The position numbers were made by a program, and so were the translations under genes. Shown in pieces: positions 12,450-25,949 of a DNA stretch of 64,000 nucleotides. Numbering within the stretch: position 1 is the first letter of the stretch; each line of letters begins with the position of its first letter. This DNA comes from Octopus vulgaris. Its lineage: Eukaryota. The notes under the pieces were generated by a model, which had not been told where the DNA came from, did not search any database, and worked only from the letters and a program-made list of their open reading frames with translations. The stretch covers positions 105,896,001-105,960,000 of the forward strand of contig OX597818.1 in the NCBI GenBank assembly GCA_951406725.2, read 5' to 3'.

Positions 12450-13479
12450 CTGAAAATACAAAATTACTCTCCAATTAACAATAAATTGTAATTAATAAAA
12501 AAAAATATTTAGGAATGGGAAGTGCAGGGCCCAGTGATTAGAGTGTTTGGGTCAGACTGTGGTTTCAATTCCTGAACCAGGAAATACATAGTTTATTCAA
12601 GCAAGTGTCTTCATTTCAAGTTGCTTCTCACTTGTAATGAATACCAGCCCATTCTTCCTTCAGCTATTACATCTTGTATGTTTTGTTGGGTCAAGGGTGA
12701 GGGAGCAAGAGGCTGTCAGTATCTGTTTGCAGCTATATAAGCACCTAAAACAATTAGTGAAAGCATAGTGTATGTTACCAAGTCATATTTGTTCATGAGA
12801 GATGGCTGGCCATCCTGTACTATTTAAGAGCTGAAAGCCAAATAATAATTATTAATATCTAAATGTAAAATTGTTAGACACAGTGATTTTTTTCTTCTCT
12901 GTGGTGACTTAGAATAATACATTATTCAATCTAAGGAGGTCACTTCTTCCACCAGTCTCAAAGATCCCTGCAAAAACTTACGCATGGTATTTCTTGTCCT
13001 TTGACTTAAACCATATAAATAAATACAAATAAATATAAAGCAAAATAACAATTTTCTTCAACCTACGACCCAACGGTTAACTTTGAAAACTAGTATAAAA
13101 TAATATTCTAAAAATATTATTTTTTTTGTCTTCAATTAAAGTGAAAAGAAGCGGGGCAATTTGTAGACTTTGATATAAAAATTTTTTATCAGAATGAAGC
13201 TACATAATCTATTTTTATATCCACCAATCCACCAATCTTATATTGTTTTTTTATTATTATTTTTTTTTTTCTATTATTAAGACAGAGAGCAGACAGAATC
13301 ATTAGCACCCTGAACTAAATGCTTAGAAGCATTTTATCTGTCTTTACATTCTTCTGAGTTCGAATTCTGCCAAGGTGGTGTGTGTGTGTGTGTGTGCGCG
13401 CATGCATGCGTGTGATAACTGTAAGATATTCAAATGTAAAAACACACAAGATGCTACTTGTGACAGTCTTGACACGTAC

Positions 13480-13530
13480 CTCTTCTTCTTCAGACTCCAA
13501 ATCAGGAGCAACAACTTGCTCAGCAGCCAT
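13480..13530 (-). CDS. DMC1: DMC1 first coding exon (MAAEQVVAPDLESEEEE)
   Basis: ATG at 13530, 51 nt, donor GAG|gtacgt. An acceptor (ttatag|GTT ATG) lies 3 nt before the ATG, implying an upstream non-coding exon. Resembles the DMC1 N-terminus. Confidence 0.9.
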
Positions 13531-15939
13531 AACCTATAATGGAACTATTATAGTTTAAGATTAAAATGTAACCAATTAAACACTGCTCATACATCAATAT
13601 ACATATCAAGAAAACAACATTTTACCTTCTCCTCAGCAAAACATGAACAACATGCCACTAAAACACAAGAATGTCAATGTTGGTGAAAATACTAAGCATC
13701 AGCATTACTCTTCTGGCATGTTCACAAGTAAGAGTCACAATGGAATACTGCTCTCACAGCTGAAACAGTGTTGCTTCTACACATACAAACATCCTAGCCC
13801 ACACCCTGCTCCCACAGCTGAGACAGTGTCACTACTACACATACCAACATCCTGCCCTACACTCTGTTTTCTGGCCCATAGAAGTTATATCTCCTCACTT
13901 TGGCTTTTCTACCACAACTGCTCTATTGCCCAGGGAGAGTACTTTCAACTCATTTACCTATACTCTTTTCATTAGTCATATCGTGTACCCCATTACCTAT
14001 GCCCTGCTTTAACCACAATGCCCAGCCTTCTTCACTAGAATATAAACTCTCTGGAAGTCCCTCTATAACCATTTTCTTCCTACAGTCATCAGTTTTTGTT
14101 TCTAATCATTTAGCCACAAGTGAAAGACAGTGCTTATAACTCTTTACAAAACCTCAGAGACTGGTAAGAGGAAGGATTCTTAAACCAGAAGTTTGATTTG
14201 AATGTTTATGACGGTGGATTCTGTTCAAGACACTTAAGTGTCAAATGATTGTGTTAAAGTGACCAAAATGAAAAGATTTTTTTTTTAAATGTAAGAAGAG
14301 CCTGCTTGAATAAGAAAAGCTGGTCAACAGTAATGTTTAACATATCAAACCAAAGAATGTCTAAAGTCTATGACAATCATTATTAATCCTGGTGAAGGTA
14401 AACTGCCTGATATTGAATCATCTATTTTTAGTATTTGTGACAATCTTCATGTTGAAGCATCAATTCATGCCTTCTATTGTTTCTTGGAAGTGAACTACAC
14501 TGTTATGAAGCAGAAAATCAGGGTGAAGACTTTGAATTTGCTCATTGATGAGAAAGGTAACAACTGATGTCATTAGACACTTTTACTAAAAATAATAGAT
14601 TATTTTAAATGGGATAGTATGAGTACATATAATTTTTATTATTAAACTAATAAGCTGAGAATATTAAGCTCATATAGGTCCTTCTGTGGACTTAGCTATT
14701 TTTTCACTCCATCTAGCATCAATTCTTGGAGCTATTAATTTCATCACAACTATCATTAATATACTAAGCATCAGCATTTCTCTTCTGGCATGTTCACAAG
14801 TAAGAGCCACAATGGAATACTGCTCTCACAGCTGAGACAGTGTTGCTTCTACACATACAAACATCCTAGCCCACACCCTGCTACCAGTAGTATTCATTTA
14901 TCAGGTATTAGAAGCCAAGCCATTAAAAGGTCTGGTTCACATCAGTCTTGACTGAAAAGAGTAAAAACTTTCAGCACATCAAGAAGGGCATCAAGCATAT
15001 TGACCTCACCAGTCATGGAAGGTCTGTGAAGTGAATAATTACAATCTCTTCTTCCAGACCAATCTATTAAATATATATAAATAAAAAAACATAGAATTCT
15101 GAATAAAATCTCTGAATACTTTGCAAAAGAGTTCTATGTTTTATGAAATAATTCTCTTACTCTTCTACTGATTTCAGCCACTGAACTACTACCATGCTGC
15201 AAAATGACTTCAAGGGTATTGGTTGATTATATTGGTTTCAAATTTTAGTACACAGCCAACAATCTCAGGGAAGTGGGTAAGTCAATTACATCAACCACAA
15301 TGCTTAACTGGTACTTACTTCATCAATCCCAAAAGGATGAAAAGCAAAGTTGACCTTGGCAGCATTTGAACTCAGAACATAAAGACAGATGAAATGCCAC
15401 TAAGCATTTTGCTTGGCATATTTGGTTGATTATGTTGTCTGCACGATTTTCTCCATCTGATTCTTTTACATATCCAATTCTTTTCCCTTTCTCCTTTCAG
15501 AAGAAGTGCTATACTCAAAATGTCAGAAACTCTCTCTTTTTACCAAGAATCAAATTAATGCATGCCTTGTGCATGTCCTCTTGTCTGTTAATTTTGTCAT
15601 TCACTTATTTGAATTGACTATATATATATCTTTTATCTTTTACAAGTTTTCATCATTAGACTGTGGCCATGCTGGGGAACCACTTTGAAGAATTTTTATT
15701 TGCTTAGCTGAATAAATTGACTCCAGTACTTTTTTAAGCCTGGTCCTTATTTTATTGATCTCTTTTTGCTGAACTAAGTTATGGCGACATAAACACACGA
15801 ACACTGGTTGTCTAGTGGTGGTGGAGGATAAACACACACACACACATATATATGATGGTCTTCTTTCAGTTTCTGTCAACTAAATCCACTCATAAGATTT
15901 GGTCAGTCCAAGGCTATAGTATATATATATACACATACC

Positions 15940-16600
15940 GAGTTGAGTGTAAGTCTGTTAATCATTAATTAACGAAGTCAACATTTTCATTAACAATTTA
16001 ACTTTTGAGTTAACTTTGAAATCTTTATTAGACTAATTAACTTCCATTACATTTAACTTCTATTTACTCAAGTCCATTAACCCAAAACTCATCTACTGCA
16101 GCCCCTTAGTCAATGCAGTTTTGGCCCCTTGGTCAATGCAGTTTTGGCCCCTTGGTCAATGCAGTTTTGGCAGGCATCAACAAAAGATTTGTGACCCTCC
16201 TGGATGATGAGGAATGCCAACTGGCTGCTGCCTTTCACTCCAGGTTTTGGCTCATCTGGTTGGATAGGTATGATAGCACCAAGTTCACCAAGGTGAGGAG
16301 AAGCATGGAGGATAGGGTCAAGGGGGCCATGAGGCAACAGTCTGAGGAAATGAGCAGCAACAACAAAGAGGTGGAGGATGACTTCTTCAGTGGTGTTACC
16401 CAACAAAAAGAGAGCAGAAGCCATGGGTCACTGAAGAACAAGGCCCAGAATTTAGTAAAGACCTGGTTGGAGACCAACTCCAAAGATCTACTAACAGATG
16501 CTACCTTCTTGAGTGAGCAAGTGTTGGTGGACTTGTTCATCAAGTTCAACATAGCCTTTGACAGATTAATATGAACACTAAAGATGTTTTTAGGTGTTTT
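15940..16600 (+). mobile_element. hAT transposase C-terminal remnant
   Basis: AAAFHSRF..WL and LFIKFN motifs that precede the hAT dimerisation domain; a 22-bp tandem triplication at about 16100-16150. Confidence 0.6.
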
Positions 16601-17579
16601 TTTTTACTTACATACACATAACAGCCTCATGTGTTACTTTGACATCATCATTCCATAAAATTTGTTTATCGGGAGAAAAATATTGAAAAATATCAATAAA
16701 TGTGTGAATGAGAAAGAAACGAGGAGGGTGGTTTTGGGACGTGCTAGAAACAACAGCCAGATTTCCCTTAAATCACACATTTTCCTCTGAAATTATTAAC
16801 AATTTTTTTTAAACCGAAAATATTTCTCTCACAGTTTTTCGTGCGTAGTGAAAAAAAATGGTCAAAATCGTTTAGGACTGAGGTAGTGAGAGTGAAAACA
16901 TTTTTTTTTTTTAATTTTCACCTTTTTTTTTTTGTGAAAAGATGCTTCCCATCATTCTGAAGACTTTGGTGAAAACATTGGAAAAATTTCCCGTCAAAAT
17001 GGAGAAATTCCAACTTCTGTGGGCCGCCTGATCTGAAATTCCTTTTTCTAGAAACTCCTCTCCAACGCTCCCTTCCAAACATTTTGCCTACAAATCTCTT
17101 TGTAATCGTAATCTACACCGTTTCAAAGGTATTTATATAAAATTTCATTAAAAAATACCTATTTTCCAGAAAGTTATGACGGGTAAAATGTTGGGTCCTG
17201 TGAACTTTCTCCAACCCCTCAGTAAACTTTTTCCAAGAAATCTTTACATACATTTAATCTAAAGGGTATAAGCGATTATTTGGTGAAAGTTTCGTTAAAA
17301 AGTATCCGTTTTCCTGGATGTTAAGTGGCAACAAAGTAGGTGGAGCATTAAACTGTAGTTATGGCTTTTTCAATAAACGTTAACATAGCTAGAGTTAAAA
17401 TAGCAGAAAGAAAAATAATTAATCTTGCAAAATACCAATTGACTAAAAACAGACGACATAATTTAAAGTTGTCTGTTAAATTGCAGATTGTTTATGTTAG
17501 TATTTAAAGGAAAAAAGTCATCATATGTCAATGAGTAGTTCAAAAGAAATAAATCAATAATAAATTTGAACATTTTAAA

Positions 17580-17880
17580 TACGAACGTTTTCGAGAATGT
17601 TATTGAATTGTTATTCACTCAGCGACTACTTTTGTTTTTCCCTCCAAATCGTGATCGTCTGCTACTTTGAAAGTATAAACTTACGAAGTTATCGCTCTTT
17701 CGACATAATGATAAACATATATAGAGGGCGCTCTCCGTTAATGCATTTTGAAAGTTTTGTGGGATTCGTTAGAAAATCTTGTAAAATGATCACTTACTAA
17801 CGGGTCATTGGTTCGCATCCCGCCAACGGGGACGAAGTATATCTTTTGGTGGTGACACTTCATTCGAACTGTCATTACAT
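17580..17880 (-). promoter_or_regulatory. Putative DMC1 promoter and non-coding first exon
   Basis: Local CpG-retaining stretch with two minus-strand GTAAGT donors (17684, 17797) and MYB, E2F, CCAAT and CHR-like motifs. The DMC1 ATG exon needs an upstream exon. Confidence 0.45.
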
Positions 17881-18049
17881 AAAGAATAAATGGGTGTTGT
17901 TAAATTTCTTCCAACCACTTTAAGTTTTTCTATTTTTCTTTAAAAGTATTTAAATTTAAAAACTAAATTTGTTTTACTGTTTTTGTTACACCATAAATAT
18001 TCCACATTAAAACATAAATCCAAAATCGAAGAAAATATAATCATGAGCA

Positions 18050-19790
18050 AAAAAAAAGGGGGGGGATGAAAAAACATCAATTCAATAATAAGTGCATTAT
18101 TTGGTCGCACACTATAAGCTTATTGAAGCAAGCCAACAAGCTCACAGCATTACTGAGGGCGATGGCGAGGCTAAAGCGTTGGAATAGCCAAGCACCCTCA
18201 CAGACATCACTTGACCCCTTTGTAAAACCTGCTGCTAACGATGACAAGAACGTTGCAATCAGCAGCCCAAACCCTCCAAACATCTATAGGGGTGTATGTG
18301 TTGGCAAAAGGTTACCCACTTTAGTAAAGGTGTTCATAGCGAGATCCTGTGAATGAGGTTTTGAGAAGCATGTGTAAAGGAATATCAGAAGGCATTTTTA
18401 TACAAAACGTTTTAATTTATTAAAAGATAACAAGAGCTGACAAGTCATATGAGCATGGCTGTTGTATGTACATGAGCCAGAGAAAGCTTTATAAATTACG
18501 TTTGAAATATGGATTCAGTTGGAAGTCATTATAAGCTAACAGAAAACTGAGCTAGTGTAAATGAAAATATAATGTTCATAATAGGGCAAAGTTGTGGGCT
18601 AATGGCATTCAGAAGTTTAGGGAGCAAAGTTGGCATGAATGAAATAGGCTGTTCATGATGTGATCAGAGTTAGTGGTGTGAAGTTGGTGTGAAAAATGAA
18701 GAGGCTGTTCCAATGTTGCTAGTATGCTGTCTTTCTGCTAACTGGTTAAATGCCTACTTCTCTTCTTGGGCAGAGAACTGCTTTTGGTATTAATACTCAC
18801 CCAGCCCTGATTGTCTGGAGTTTGCCATAGCACCACTATGCTACAAAATGATAATAAAAATAGCTTACCTGATATGCTACACATCTCAAATGTCATAGGC
18901 TGGAAGAAATGGTTCACTGACAAGTCCCAATATTTTATGATTTTTTCTGTTCAGCCACAGAAATAGTGATCTTCCTATTTACCACAGCATTCGGGATGTG
19001 AAAGGGAGCAAAGGAGTCACTGACTGTGGAACCCGAGATGAGGAACCTACTTCTTACCCTGGGACAAAGGATAAGGCCATCTGGTCTCTTCTCATCACTT
19101 CTGGATAACCTCACAGGCCCTAGAACTGAGGGTATATTTACCTGAGCCAGGGTCTGCTTAATCATCAGGCTTAGCTTTGTGTGATGAGTGAAACAACCAG
19201 TATTTAGGTGGCAAGACAAACCATGAAGGCCTGTGGAGTCAAAGTGCCTACCACAGCAACACCTCAGTCCCCCACAGACATCGGCTCCTACTGTGAATGC
19301 AATGGAGATGCAAAACTTATCCAAACTGAGTAGACCACCAATGTTTGCCACAGGCAGGACATCAATCCAGTCCCCCTAGAATTTCACACTTATAGAAAGC
19401 AGATTAACCTTGAAAATTGATCAGATTGATCAAAGAGAGAGTTAAAGGTATCTGTTGAACATAGATTAGCCCATACTCACTGCTTCCATTTAACCTCATC
19501 TGTATCAGGAGCTGACAAACCCAGCTCCCTCTATTGTAGCAGAGCTCATCCATCTCCCTGTTGTAAAGGAGATGTTGCCTACCAAAGGAGAGCAAGCATG
19601 GAGTGAAGAAAGAAAACAGGGAAGAGACAGAGATGAGCACTTATACAGACCTAAAGACCCAAACCATTTGGGCAAATCACCCTGGTCACAGGACTCAGGA
19701 GAGAGTCTAACATTGACCAAGCATCAGAGTTCTCTGATGATAAAGGTCAACAAAGCATTGGAGAGATAAGAATCTGTGAGGGACTCACTC
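18050..19790 (-). mobile_element. CRE-like non-LTR retrotransposon 3' part (CCHC plus restriction-like endonuclease), decayed and interrupted
   Basis: C.CG..D..GLHGLSC, KRPDGL, and the C-terminal EGAWLFQRFSLAI..NAVS motif. Confidence 0.8.
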
Positions 19791-22329
19791 TGACAAAAGA
19801 GAAGGAAAAAAAAATAATGAATGCAATTTTCATCATCAGAAGGCCAAAACTACATCAGAGCTATATATTTATATTTTAATAACAGTTTGGCTAAGTTCCA
19901 TGGGTTTTTGGAGGAGATGGGTGCATAGGATATGCCACAGAACTTTAAGTCATATGGGGTTAAGTCAAACTGCTATTGAAAAATGTATATAGCTCCTATC
20001 AAATGTCCATTCATGTGTATGTATATATATTGATATATTATCCATTCACTTGTGTGTATATATATGCCTATCAACATAAGTATCTTAGAAGCTAGCTATT
20101 TTTAATTTAACTTTTAACTTTGTTCAAACTTTAATTTAACTTTTTACTTAATTTAATTTTTAACTTTTAATTCTTTAATTTGTATCCTTTATCCAGTTAA
20201 TTGTAGTTTTATCCTATATATACCCCACTTGAGCTAGGCATCTATTTTTAGTGAGTGTAGGACAAAAGCCCCATAGTTAAAGTGTGAAAGTGGACAAAAG
20301 CCCCACAATTATATCTTTCGGTTTTTGTTTTTAGTTTTTGTCACCTTTTACTTGTTTCAGTCATTAGACTGTGGCCATGCTGGGGCACCACATTGAAGAA
20401 TTTTTAATTAAACATATCAATGCCAGAATTTTTTTTTAATTTTTACTTGTTGCAGAGAGAACCTGTCATGGGTTAAGCCAGCTCTGTTTGGGACCCCAAT
20501 TTTCACACAGCAAACTACAAAGAACATAAAACAGTGACTATGCATCATTATCATCATCATGCAGAGAGTAGTCACACAGTTGTAGCTGAAGAATTTTGTA
20601 GGGATGTAAATGTGATGTTATGTATGTGAGGTTGTGTGTAAGTTTTGAGGATGTGAAAGATAATGTAGTTTAAATTGAAAAGAACACAGATCCTTGTGTT
20701 ACTCTATCCAGAAAAGTGGAAGTTCTAAATATTTTAGTATATGTATGGGTATGTAGAAAAAAAAAAAGTGCTTGCGGAATGTTAATTTCCATGTCTCACA
20801 GTACATTGATATACACGTATTTTCTAAACAAACCATTAAAATTTTAATATAAATAATATTAAGCATTAATAGCATCAATCTGAGATAGAAAAAAGAGTAA
20901 TGAACTCACTGACAGTACTCAAACAATGTTTATGTTACTCTGCCATTGAAAGATATGTGGATTTGTCTCATATCAATGTTCATAATGTCAAATATCATAC
21001 ACATATTTTTTTCACACCTTTCATTCTATTAACATTATTACAGACAATCAGCAACCTATCTATTCTTGTGGTGATACTTAGGTGGTAATGATAATAATAT
21101 GCAATTCACTTAACCCTTTGATTATACATGGGTTAACTTCAGACTAGAAACCCGATCCAAATGAGTGGTGGTGTTAAATCATCATCATTGTTTAACATCT
21201 ATTTCCCATGCTGGCATAGGTTGGACAGTGTGACAGAAGCTGGTAAGCCAGAGAACTTCACCAGGCTCCATTGTCTGTTATGGCATGGTTTTTAAGACTG
21301 GAGCCCTTCCTAATGCCAACCACTTAACAGAGTGTACTAGGTGCTTTTTATGTGGCCCCATCACCAAGTAACTTGCAAGACAAAGACCCCTTAGCTGGCA
21401 GAGGGAGGATAAAGAGAGGTGTCTTACTATAGAGGAGATACTAAGCTATCCCAGTAGGAAAAGAAAGGAGAGATAGTCAGAGAAAAATAGCAAGACAGAG
21501 TGAGAAAGAGAGAGAGAGAGAGAGAAATAGATGGTGTTGGAGATGCATCAGGACATATCCATAAGGTAGAGGGAACATAAGGGGTACAGAGGGGACAGGG
21601 GATGTTTCATAAGAGTGTGACAAGAGATGTTTAAAGATAGCAAAAAGGTGATTGTAGCAATTGATGGTGAGAGAAATTAGAGGCTATGTAGATATGTGAG
21701 GGTGTGGAGAGTGTGCAGATAGGCATCTGAGGCAAAGTCAAGGGTCCTGCAACAGGTGGTGATCATGGATGGGGGGGGAAGTGGGATGCTGGGAAGGATT
21801 GTTGCAAGGGAATTTTGACAAAGGACAACTTGAGTGTGTATGGGAGGGGACGTGGCTATAAAGGACATTGCCTTTATGTATGGCCATGATTTTATTTAGC
21901 TTGATGTGTCTTCTTAAGCACAGCAAATTGTAAGAAGTCTTGGTCCCTTGTCATGTTTCTGAGGTTCAACATCTGAAGATCATTTTTCACCACTTTGTCC
22001 CACACCTTGGGTCTATCTCTTCCACAGGTTCTCTCCTCAATTAGAGATTGGCACATTTTTATCTAGCTGATCTCATCCATATGTATCACATGACCATACC
22101 AGTGCAGTCTTCTCTCTTGCATATTACATCTGATGCCTCTTAAACCCAATAGGTCAACAAATTTAATCAATCACTGGCAAAAATGTAACACAGTTTATAT
22201 ATATATATATATAGAATATGAGGGGTTTAGTTCACTGGTGATCTAAACGTATATGTATGCTGAGTAAGTGCTACAATTGGTCATCTGTTAGGTTCCAATT
22301 TCACAGCTGAGGCTGGAGCTAGGGATCCA

Positions 22330-23050
22330 TATTAGACTTTTGTGTTAACAGGTATATATTAGAGGAAAAGGATAACAAAAACCAAGACAGGATGAGTATT
22401 TCAAATCATTTATAATAATTTAATTAGGGTAGCTGTTTCTGGAATATACCAAGTGAGAGGCTAGCATGTCCATACATTGGATATTCCATCATCAGAGGCA
22501 AGGTGAGTATGCATGAAAGTTCTAGACAGGAAAATTCAAGGTTTATAAGAAATAAAATAGAAGAATAAAGAGTAAAAGTAGACAGAAGAATTCAGACAGG
22601 AGAATAAAGTTCATATTTCATCTTTTTCTAGAGGGTATGGAGGTTGGTCCGTACTTCTGTGAAGGTATAGGTCCTTAAGTATAATCCCAGGTAAATCCAG
22701 GCAGTATTTTGAATGATGCATTCATGTTAAAATAATGGATTAAGTGGTTAGTTAGTATGTAAATGGATCATGAGTATATGCAGTGAGAAAGATAGACAGA
22801 AGTGGGTTGTGAGTGAGTGGATAGAAGAGAGGAGAGAAAGAGAAAAGACAGGAATGGGAAAAATCCAAAATAAGAAATAAAACTAAAAAGAATAAAAATA
22901 GAGATAAGATGCCAGTATTATTCTTTGTAAAGGGTGAGAGGTCAGGGTAAAGGTTTTGGGAGCGTGGAGGAGGAAAGTATTTATTTAATAATTAAATAGA
23001 TGAAATCTAGGTTAGATGTGATCAGTAGTCAGTAGGGATAGTTAGAAATG
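22330..23050 (-). mobile_element. Probable Penelope-like element remnant containing a hammerhead-like motif
   Basis: Minus strand reads cctCTGATGA-tggaatatccaa..ttggtatattcca-GAAAcagct (22498-22431) inside a purine-skewed repeat. Confidence 0.5.
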
Positions 23051-24399
23051 GGATTTGGACAAAAACCCCTTTGTTCAAACAATTTTTTCACAACAAAACA
23101 AAAGTACTGAAATTAAGGACCATATGGATGTGCAAGTATGCAGATTGTTACTGTAGCAAACTTCAACGCTCCCAGTCATTGTCCCTACAGCAGGGGTGCA
23201 CAGTCAGCAGGCCCTAAACCAGTACCTAGCCATAGATGATTTGGTACCAGGCCGCACAAGGTGTTTCTACCTTACACAGTAAATGTATAATATATGTAAT
23301 AATTAAAATATGTATAATGCACTTCGTTATATTTTGTTGTGTGCCTGATCTTGGGGACCGTTAAAACAGTCAGACTAACTGGGGCTATACATTTCTTGAT
23401 AGTTTTATGCACTGCAAAATCTCAAAAGATGTTGTCGGACATCAGCACATTAGGCCACTAACATTATTCCACATATCAACAGCTATTTGCAGTTGTATAA
23501 TGTTAGCGATTGGGTCGGACATACACGACGAAATGTTTTGACACTTGACAGTATACAATACTTTCACTAAATAAAGCAAACGTAAAAATATTGGCTTATT
23601 TGTGTTTCAAAGGACTATCATGGAACTTCCAGCTTATGTTTATATTTCCTACTGTCAGAAGTAAAGACAACAAAACTAGTTGCTTTAATTCTCATCTCAA
23701 GATACAAAGACTCCAAGGCTTCAAAGACGAAATATATATGAATATAATTCCATATATTTATTTATTCAGAACACAAGGTATATACAGGGAAGTTCCCGGC
23801 TATAGAAAATGTATATTGTGAGAAGAGGGATCGAAGCACGTCATATTCCATTTTCCCGACAGCACATAAACTTTACCAATCTCAAGGATTTCACTGTATA
23901 ATTTTTTACCAATGCAGAGTACCACCGGTTTCCTCAATCTACTCCTATAAATCATTCAAGAAAGTATTTGCTGAGACTTGTGACGGTCTGCGTCGGTAAA
24001 AATTATGAGATGAAATTCATGAGACTGGACAAATTCGTATATAGGGAGAAAATGAATCAAACATTTTGTAGCTCAGCCTTCGTCCGAAAGAAAGAAAAAT
24101 GCTTTTTTCAATCCTACTGAAGCATTTTTGTTGAAGGAAGCGTGTTTGCAGGCGCTCGACCAACAAAAAGTTTCCCTCATATCATATCCTACTGATTACA
24201 TTGGATAATGTAAACCTATATGTATTATATCTAAAAAAAAAAAAATCATGATGGTTAGGTCTGGGATGTTTTTGATCACAGATCCGATTGATCAGGGATA
24301 CCCTGGGGCTAAATAATAAATAAACGTTTCCCGGACTTCTGTATCTTTAACTCTGTCACCCAGAAGCTTATCTCCCTTGAAAATCATAGGTGGCACAAC

Positions 24400-24521
24400 G
24401 TGTTTAGTTTTTAAGGCAACGTTTATAAACGGAAGTCAAAACGTGAAATTATCCGAACTTATTAGAAGAAAGTTTTGTACAGTACTTTATAGAATTCTGT
24501 TGTTTCTCGGGAGGAACAATC
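24400..24521 (+). promoter_or_regulatory. Putative SNU13 core promoter and 5'UTR
   Basis: CpG-retaining region; TTATAAA followed by the ETS motif CGGAAGT (24430-24436) about 90 nt before the ATG. Confidence 0.5.
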
Positions 24522-24524
24522 ATG
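24522..24524 (+). CDS. SNU13: SNU13 exon 1 (initiator ATG only)
   Basis: aacaatcATG|gtaaga in a CpG-rich region. Exon 2 begins in phase 0 without a Met, as in other animal SNU13 genes. Confidence 0.75.
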
Positions 24525-25949
24525 GTAAGAATCATTATATGTTTTTCATTTCAATAACTTTATTAATTTATGTATTAAAAACCGCACACGCCTTATTTGT
24601 TGTAGTATCTCCAAGTATAAGTATAAAATTAAACTTTATAACCAGCATGGTCACAACGGGCCGCTTAAATGCTGTATTTATTACCTTGTACCTCAGTAAT
24701 AAATAAAAGCAAAGCAAGTTTAGCCCCCACTGCCTTGGTTGACAAGACAAGTACCCGTGACAAACACTCTAAAAACGTTGGCATTATAAATAGTGATAGT
24801 ATATCATATTTAACTCCACTCACCGCACAATTCGAATATATGTCATGCCATTACTGTTGTATGTAAACAGTATTTCTTTTTCGGTAATTATGAAATAAAT
24901 TTAGGACTTTTCGTTTAAGGTGTCTAAAATCCAGACATTCAAAAAATTATTAGGAAAGTATTACGTAATATACTAATCTCGAATCGAGTAGATGAAGGCC
25001 ATAAATAAATTGTAAATTCCAAGCATGAAAAACGTTGCGTAGATTAGTGATGCCAGATCTAACAAATGAAGACAATACATGATAGTTTTTTTTAAAGTTT
25101 ACACATATATAATAAACCGGGTATCGTAAGTTTTTTTGAAAATTGAAATTTCTAACTAGGACAATCCAGTTTATATATATATATATGCACACGCACATGA
25201 CTGCTTTTCAAAACTCATTCATAAACCACCATGATACCCACGTGTTACTTCAGTTACGCTCCCTTTTCACGAATTTCCCATCACTTTCGACTTCGTAAAA
25301 TGGCTTCTTTCAATAATTTTGCATTTCTCTCCATATTTCAGTTTAAGAAGTCTGTGTATTTCACACATTATATATAAGTAGATTTCAAATAAAATTATTT
25401 CTATTGTTCAATCAGATCGTATTTTCTCTTGTCATATTGGGTTTTATTGTTAATTTCTTAAGATCTAGTGAAGTTACTGCGGTGTAGATTGTTCAAACCC
25501 AAGTCAGGCTTATTCGAGCAGATCCACAGTCTTAATTTCAGGAATATTTTTGATAAAATATTTAATCGTAAATAATAGCTGGAAATCATTTGATTCCTCT
25601 TTTTGCTCAGTGTGAAACGAAAATCGCAGTGAAATTTTATTCTTTATGGTAAAATAACAATTGCAAGCATTAATTTGAAGTAACTGCTAATAACCTCGTG
25701 TTGTAATATTTCAAAAGGAAACTTCTGAAACCTTTGTTTTCCTTTCCATATTAAAATAAATAAATAAAGGTCCCAATGTTGGCGCTTGATCTGCTAGAAA
25801 TGACTGTCAAATTTCTCTCAAATCGCATATTACAATTTTCAAAACCTAAAAGACATTGGATGATAATGGTCCCTGACATATTCCCTGAAAGAATATGGGT
25901 TGATCTTCAATGGAAAACTTTCTGCTTGATTTCGGTTAAGTTGGCTCTA

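Noticed and set aside
1500-13530. RAD51 as an alternative identity for the recombinase
   Set aside because: [19 protein letters not shown] and VAAKFYEE are DMC1-type residues.
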